This document shows, piece after piece, positions 59,411 through 64,000 of a DNA stretch of 64,000 nucleotides (positions are counted from its first letter, which is position 1; each line of letters starts with the position of its first letter). This stretch comes from Tepidisphaera sp. (lineage in GTDB: Bacteria > Planctomycetota > Phycisphaerae > Phycisphaerales > UBA1924): assembly GCA_050916045.1 (NCBI GenBank), contig CP051526.1, forward strand, positions 3,232,001 to 3,296,000, in the 5' to 3' direction. Below the pieces are notes generated by a model. That model ran no database searches and was not told the DNA's origin. It worked only from the letters and a program-made list of their open reading frames with translations. The translations under genes were made by a program, and so were the position numbers.

Positions 59411-61792
59411 TCAGCGGGCTGAGGCCGTGAGCTGATTCAATCGTTGCTGCGCCTTGGCGAAGGTCTTGGAATCTTCGCCGGCTTCCTCGCGCACGAGTTT
59501 GATGCTGGCGAGCATCTGCTCGCGGGCTTCGTCGGTCTTTCCGAGCTTTTGGAGGAGCTCCGCGAGGTCGGCTTTGACGCTGGCGATGCGGAGCCTGGAG
59601 GAGGGTGTCGCGGCTTCGACGACTTCGAGAGCTTGGCGGAGGAAGGGTTCGGCGACCGCGGGAGACTCGATGGCGGCGGTGGATTTGCCGAGGACGACGA
59701 GGGCTTCGGCGTATTCCTGGTGCTTGGTGCGGGCGTACTTCTCGTACATGGCTTTGGCGTCGGTCGCGCGGGACCTGGCGGTGGCGGTGTCGCCGAGGGC
59801 GAGTTCCGCTCTTGCGACGGCGACCATGGCGGAAGCGACGCGGTGGTGGCCACGTGGGAAGAGGGAAGCGAGAATGACGCGAGCGCGCTCGGCGGCGTCG
59901 CGAGCTGCTTGGCAATCACCGCGTTCAAAGAGGCACTGGGCGAGGTTGATGGACGTGGATGCGGTGCCGCCGAAGCGTTCGCCCCTGAGCTTGACGATCA
60001 TCTCGAGAGCTTGCCTGAAGAGATCCTCGGCTTTGTCGAAGTCCTCGGACTCGACGTAGGTCTTGGCGAGGTTGTTGAGCGACCCCGCGACTTCTTCGTG
60101 TTCGGCTCCGAGCAGGCGTCTCCGCATGTCGAGCGCCTGCTGGTGCAGGTCGCGGGCTTCGAGGATCCGCCGCTGGCTGAGACGGCAGGCGGCGAGGTGC
60201 GTGAGGCTGAAAGCGACCTTCTGGTTGTCGCCGGGGAAGAGCTGACGGCGGATGTCGAGCGCCCGCTGGTAGAGCGGTTCAGCCTGGTCGTAGCGACCGT
60301 CCCACCAGAGCGTGGCGGCGAGGTTGTGGAGGCAGTCCGCGAGTTCGGCTTTGCTTTCGGGGTGTTTTTCGCGGATCTGGAGCGCTCGGCCGAGGCTGGC
60401 AACGGCTTTGGGATACTCGCCGAAGTTGCGGTACGCGGTTCCGATGATCTCTCGCACGCGGGCTTCGGTGATGTCGCGAGTCGGCGGGTTTTGGTCGAGC
60501 AGAGCGGCGGTGCGGTCCATGAGGTCGACGACGGTGATCTCGCCGGTGGCTTCGGCGTTGCCCGGGTTGATCCCTCCGTTGAGCAGTTCCAGACTCTCGC
60601 GTGCATCGACGGATTCGGCTTTGGCCCGGTCGCGTTCGACGATGATCTGCGCGATGAGCCATGTCGACACGGTGACGAGGATGATGGCGGCGGCGGCGAT
60701 AACAGACGCGAGCGTCTGGTTGCGCCGCACCCATCGCCACGACCGGCCCATCACGCCCACGTTGCGAGCGGACACCGGCATTCCGGTGAGATAAAGCCGG
60801 AGGTCCTGCGCGAATTCGCCCGCGGTTGCGTAGCGGCGGGCCGGGCTCTTTTCGAGGGCTTTGAGGAGCACCGCGTCGAGGTCGCGGCTGACGCCGGCTC
60901 GGATCGAGGATGCTCGGGCCGGTTCCTTCTCGGCGATGCGCGTGAGCACTTCGCGGATCGAGCCGTCCATGTCCACCGGAAGCTGACCGGTGACGAGTTC
61001 ATACGCGATCACGCCCAGCGCGTAGACGTCGGATCGGACGCCGATAGCGCCCGACTTGCCCAGGGTCTGCTCGGGGGACATGTACGCGACGGTGCCGACG
61101 AGTTGACCGGGTTCGGCGATGGTGACGCCCATGCGGCCGTGGGCGCCGCCCACCCCACCCGCGGCGTTGGCCGTGCCGGTGCCGTCGACGCGTTTGGCCA
61201 AGCCGAAGTCCAAGAGGTGCGGATCGCCGCTGGCGTCGATGAGGATGTTGCTTGGCTTGAGGTCTCGGTGAAGCACGCCGCGCTGGTGTGCGTAATCGAC
61301 GGCGTCGCAGATCCGGGCGACCAGATCAAGAGCGTGGCGGATCTCGCAGGCGCCCGGCTTGAGAGCTTCGTCCAGGGGCTTGCCCGAGACGAACTCCATC
61401 ACGTAGAAGTACCGGCCCTTGCGGACGCCGGCGTCGACGATGGAGACGATGCCGGGGTGCTGCAAGCCCGCGACGACGTCGATCTCGCGTTCGAAGCGTT
61501 TGCGGGCGGCGGCGGCGTCCATGCTCCCGTCGAGCATGAACTTGATGGCGACGGGGCGGCCGGTGGCTTGCTGAACACCCTCAAACACCACGCCCATGCC
61601 GCCCTGACCGATGCGGCGGCGGACGTCGTATCCCTCGACTTCGGGGAGTTTGTCAGGTGCCCCAGGCACGGATGTCTTGGTGAAGTCGACGGTCTCGCTT
61701 TCGAGGAAGCGTCCCGAGAGGAGCCGGGTCGGGGTGGCCGCGATGTTCCCTGACGTGCCGCCTGAAAGGCTCGAGCCGATCTCGGCGGTCAT
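59411..61792 (-). CDS. Ser/Thr kinase with TM segment and TPR repeats
   Basis: IGQGGMG, VAIK, HRDLKPSN, DFGLA, YMSPE; TPRs; first ATG is 61792 but the start may lie upstream (e.g. CTG 61942). Confidence 0.9.
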   Translation of the reverse strand: MTAEIGSSLSGGTSGNIAATPTRLLSGRFLESETVDFTKTSVPGAPDKLPEVEGYDVRRRIGQGGMGVVFEGVQQATGRPVAIKFMLDGSMDAAAARKRFEREIDVVAGLQHPGIVSIVDAGVRKGRYFYVMEFVSGKPLDEALKPGACEIRHALDLVARICDAVDYAHQRGVLHRDLKPSNILIDASGDPHLLDFGLAKRVDGTGTANAAGGVGGAHGRMGVTIAEPGQLVGTVAYMSPEQTLGKSGAIGVRSDVYALGVIAYELVTGQLPVDMDGSIREVLTRIAEKEPARASSIRAGVSRDLDAVLLKALEKSPARRYATAGEFAQDLRLYLTGMPVSARNVGVMGRSWRWVRRNQTLASVIAAAAIILVTVSTWLIAQIIVERDRAKAESVDARESLELLNGGINPGNAEATGEITVVDLMDRTAALLDQNPPTRDITEARVREIIGTAYRNFGEYPKAVASLGRALQIREKHPESKAELADCLHNLAATLWWDGRYDQAEPLYQRALDIRRQLFPGDNQKVAFSLTHLAACRLSQRRILEARDLHQQALDMRRRLLGAEHEEVAGSLNNLAKTYVESEDFDKAEDLFRQALEMIVKLRGERFGGTASTSINLAQCLFERGDCQAARDAAERARVILASLFPRGHHRVASAMVAVARAELALGDTATARSRATDAKAMYEKYARTKHQEYAEALVVLGKSTAAIESPAVAEPFLRQALEVVEAATPSSRLRIASVKADLAELLQKLGKTDEAREQMLASIKLVREEAGEDSKTFAKAQQRLNQLTASAR

Positions 61793-62005
61793 GCGGGAGT
61801 CGAACGCGTCATTTGACGCGTCCGGGACGATCGCCCCGCGGGAGGGCGTGACGACCGTGACACGAAGATCTTCATCGCGCGGCGCGTCCGGAACGGCTTT
61901 GCCGTCCGACGGCGGTCGCTGATCCTGACGGGGCGTCTCCAGACACTCATCTCCCGGGGTCTGAGGATCGTATCGCGGACGGGAGATGCGGGCGTAAAGT
62001 CGGGG

Positions 62006-63685
62006 ATGCCGAAGAACACGCCGCTGGTTTTGATCATCCGGGACGGTTGGGGCGAGAATCCCAACCCATCGCACGACGCTTTCAACGCGGCGAAGATCGC
62101 TTCGGACCGGGGCCTGACGCCGACGGACGCGATGCTCCGGCGGGAATGGCCCAAGACGCTGATCAAGACGAGCGGAGTGGACGTCGGCCTGCCGGCTGGC
62201 ACGATGGGGAACAGCGAGGTGGGCCACCAGAACATCGGTGCCGGCCGCGTGGTGCCCCAGGAGTCGCTGGTCATGACCTCGGCGTGCGAAGCCGGGCTTG
62301 AAGCCAACCAGGCGATCCGGGAAGCGATCGAACGGGCGAAGGTGAAGGGTGGCTCGCTCCACCTTTTCGGGATCAGTTCCGACGCGGGGGTGCACGGGCT
62401 GCTCGAGCACCTGTACGCGATCCTGGTGGCTTGCAAGACCCTCGGCCTGACCCACCGCGTCTACCTGCACATGTTCACCGACGGTCGGGACACCGGGCCG
62501 TACACCGGGCTCGGGTTCACCAAGCAGGTCGAAGCCAAGTGCGCCCAGATCGGCGTGGGACGGATCGCGACCGTCGCCGGCCGGTATTACGCGATGGACC
62601 GCGACCACCGGTGGGAACGCGTCAAGCAGGCGTACGACTGCTTGACTGCCGGCACGGCGCGGACAGCTGCAAGCGCGGCCGAAGCGATCCAGGCGTATTA
62701 CGACGCGCCCTCGGGCGACACGCTCAAGGGCGACGAGTTCGTGATCCCCACGGCGATCGGAGTTTCGCCGCAGGACATCGCGGATTCCCGCGTGAAAGCC
62801 GGGGACTCGGTGATTTTCTACAACTACCGCGGAGACCGGCCCCGCGAGCTTTCCGCCGCGTTCTGCTTCCCCGACGAGGAGTGGGCGAAGGTCAAGCCAA
62901 GCCCGGACACCGGCCGCGCCGGTTTTGACCGCGGCAAGCGGCTGGACCTCCACTACGTCATCATGACCGAATACTGGGACAAGCTGGTCCCGTTCGTGCA
63001 GGGTGTGGCGTTCCCCAAGCCGCCGAAGATGAAGCACATCGGCGGGGAGATCATCTCGCTCCAGGGCTTGCGGCAGCTCCGCTGCGCCGAAACCGAGAAG
63101 TACCCGCACGTCACGTTCTTCTTCAACGACTACCGCGAGGAGCCGTTCCCGGGCGAGAGCCGCGAGAACCCGGCCAGCCCGAAGGTGGCGACGTACGACC
63201 TCAAGCCGGAGATGTCCGCGGAAGAGATCGCGACCGTCGTGCTCCGCAGGCTGGGCTCGCCGGACCGCGAGAGCGTGCTCATCGTCAACTTCGCCAACCC
63301 CGACATGGTCGGGCACACGGGCAACCTGGAAGCCGCGATCGCGGCCTGCGCGACGGTCGACGCGTGCGTGGGCCGGTTGATCGACGCGACCCTCAGGCTG
63401 GGCGGATCGCTGATCGTGACGGCCGACCACGGCAACTGCGAGCAGATGTTCGACCCGGAAACCGGCTCGCCGCACACGGCCCACACGGTCTACGACGTCC
63501 CGCTTTTCGTGGTGGGCGAAGCGTTCCGCGGCGCGAAGCTGCGCGGGGATTTTGACGCTTCGGGCTGGTTCAGGCCCGAGACGCGGGCCAAACGCGGACG
63601 CCTGGCGGACATTCTTCCCACGGCGCTGGCGATGATGGGGATCGACAAGCCGCCGGCGATGACGGGCGAGAGTCTGCTCACGTAA
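62006..63685 (+). CDS. gpmI: 2,3-bisphosphoglycerate-independent phosphoglycerate mutase
   Basis: DGWG, MGNSEVGH, GRYYAMDRD, AETEKYPHVT, NPDMVGH, ADHGN. Confidence 0.95.
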   Translation: MPKNTPLVLIIRDGWGENPNPSHDAFNAAKIASDRGLTPTDAMLRREWPKTLIKTSGVDVGLPAGTMGNSEVGHQNIGAGRVVPQESLVMTSACEAGLEANQAIREAIERAKVKGGSLHLFGISSDAGVHGLLEHLYAILVACKTLGLTHRVYLHMFTDGRDTGPYTGLGFTKQVEAKCAQIGVGRIATVAGRYYAMDRDHRWERVKQAYDCLTAGTARTAASAAEAIQAYYDAPSGDTLKGDEFVIPTAIGVSPQDIADSRVKAGDSVIFYNYRGDRPRELSAAFCFPDEEWAKVKPSPDTGRAGFDRGKRLDLHYVIMTEYWDKLVPFVQGVAFPKPPKMKHIGGEIISLQGLRQLRCAETEKYPHVTFFFNDYREEPFPGESRENPASPKVATYDLKPEMSAEEIATVVLRRLGSPDRESVLIVNFANPDMVGHTGNLEAAIAACATVDACVGRLIDATLRLGGSLIVTADHGNCEQMFDPETGSPHTAHTVYDVPLFVVGEAFRGAKLRGDFDASGWFRPETRAKRGRLADILPTALAMMGIDKPPAMTGESLLT

Positions 63686-63710
63686 TCACGTGCAAGGAAG
63701 GAGCCGCGCG

Positions 63711-64000
63711 TTGGACGAAGGTACCGAGAGTTTTCCCGGCTCACGCAGCGGATTCGACGAGATCCGTCGCGCGGTGATGTCGCGTCTGCGGGATCACGGG
63801 TTTCGAACCACGGGCGGCGTCGCTCGACTGATCGAGAACGGCAACTCGGGCGTGATCGAGTTCCAGAAGAGCGGCCGATCCACGGCGGAAGCCAAGACGT
63901 TCACGATCAACGTGGGGATCGCGCTCGGAGCCCTGATCGCTCGAACGACGAAGAAGCCCATCTCGCACTGCTCGGTGGCGGAGTGTCACGCGTATCTTCG
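63711..64000 (+). CDS. DUF4304-like protein, 3'-truncated by window edge
   Basis: TTG after AAGGAG; LRDHGF...VIEFQKS...FTINVGI; not in the ORF track because there is no stop in the window. Confidence 0.6.
   Translation, partial: MDEGTESFPGSRSGFDEIRRAVMSRLRDHGFRTTGGVARLIENGNSGVIEFQKSGRSTAEAKTFTINVGIALGALIARTTKKPISHCSVAECHAYL

Noticed and set aside
59411..63484. 1357-aa ORF as a giant kinase fusion
   Set aside because: The N-terminal ~500 codons are the antisense shadow of gpmI; only the part below ~61950 is the kinase

Overview
High-GC bacterial chromosomal window. The gene content points to a planctomycete, probably Phycisphaerae: a GC-type dockerin anchor, PTP-variant PEP-CTERM proteins, DUF1844, and several Ser/Thr kinases. 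Most of it is housekeeping or envelope related: two citrate synthases, fumC, sdhCAB, gpmI, purN, miaB, trmL, tsaC/sua5, tRNA-Leu(TAA), rnpB, a dps-ybaN-katA-oxyR peroxide cluster, an Hpt/diguanylate cyclase pair, a GH29 fucosidase and a GT41 transferase. The standout accessory region is about 14.6-23.0 kb. It holds a Type I restriction-modification operon (hsdM-hsdS-...-hsdR) with a translationally coupled two-gene insert: a 375-aa protein ending in a HicB-like domain, and a HicA-like protein lacking the usual histidines. HsdR carries a 12-Cys triple repeat. Directly downstream are two diverged copies of a ~115-nt structured element, where G-U/compensatory changes indicate a minus-strand ncRNA, followed by a phased 21-bp palindromic array. 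Several apparent pseudoenzymes also occur (transglutaminase-like, amidase-like, redoxin-like). All calls come from motif reading only; no database searches or folding programs were run.
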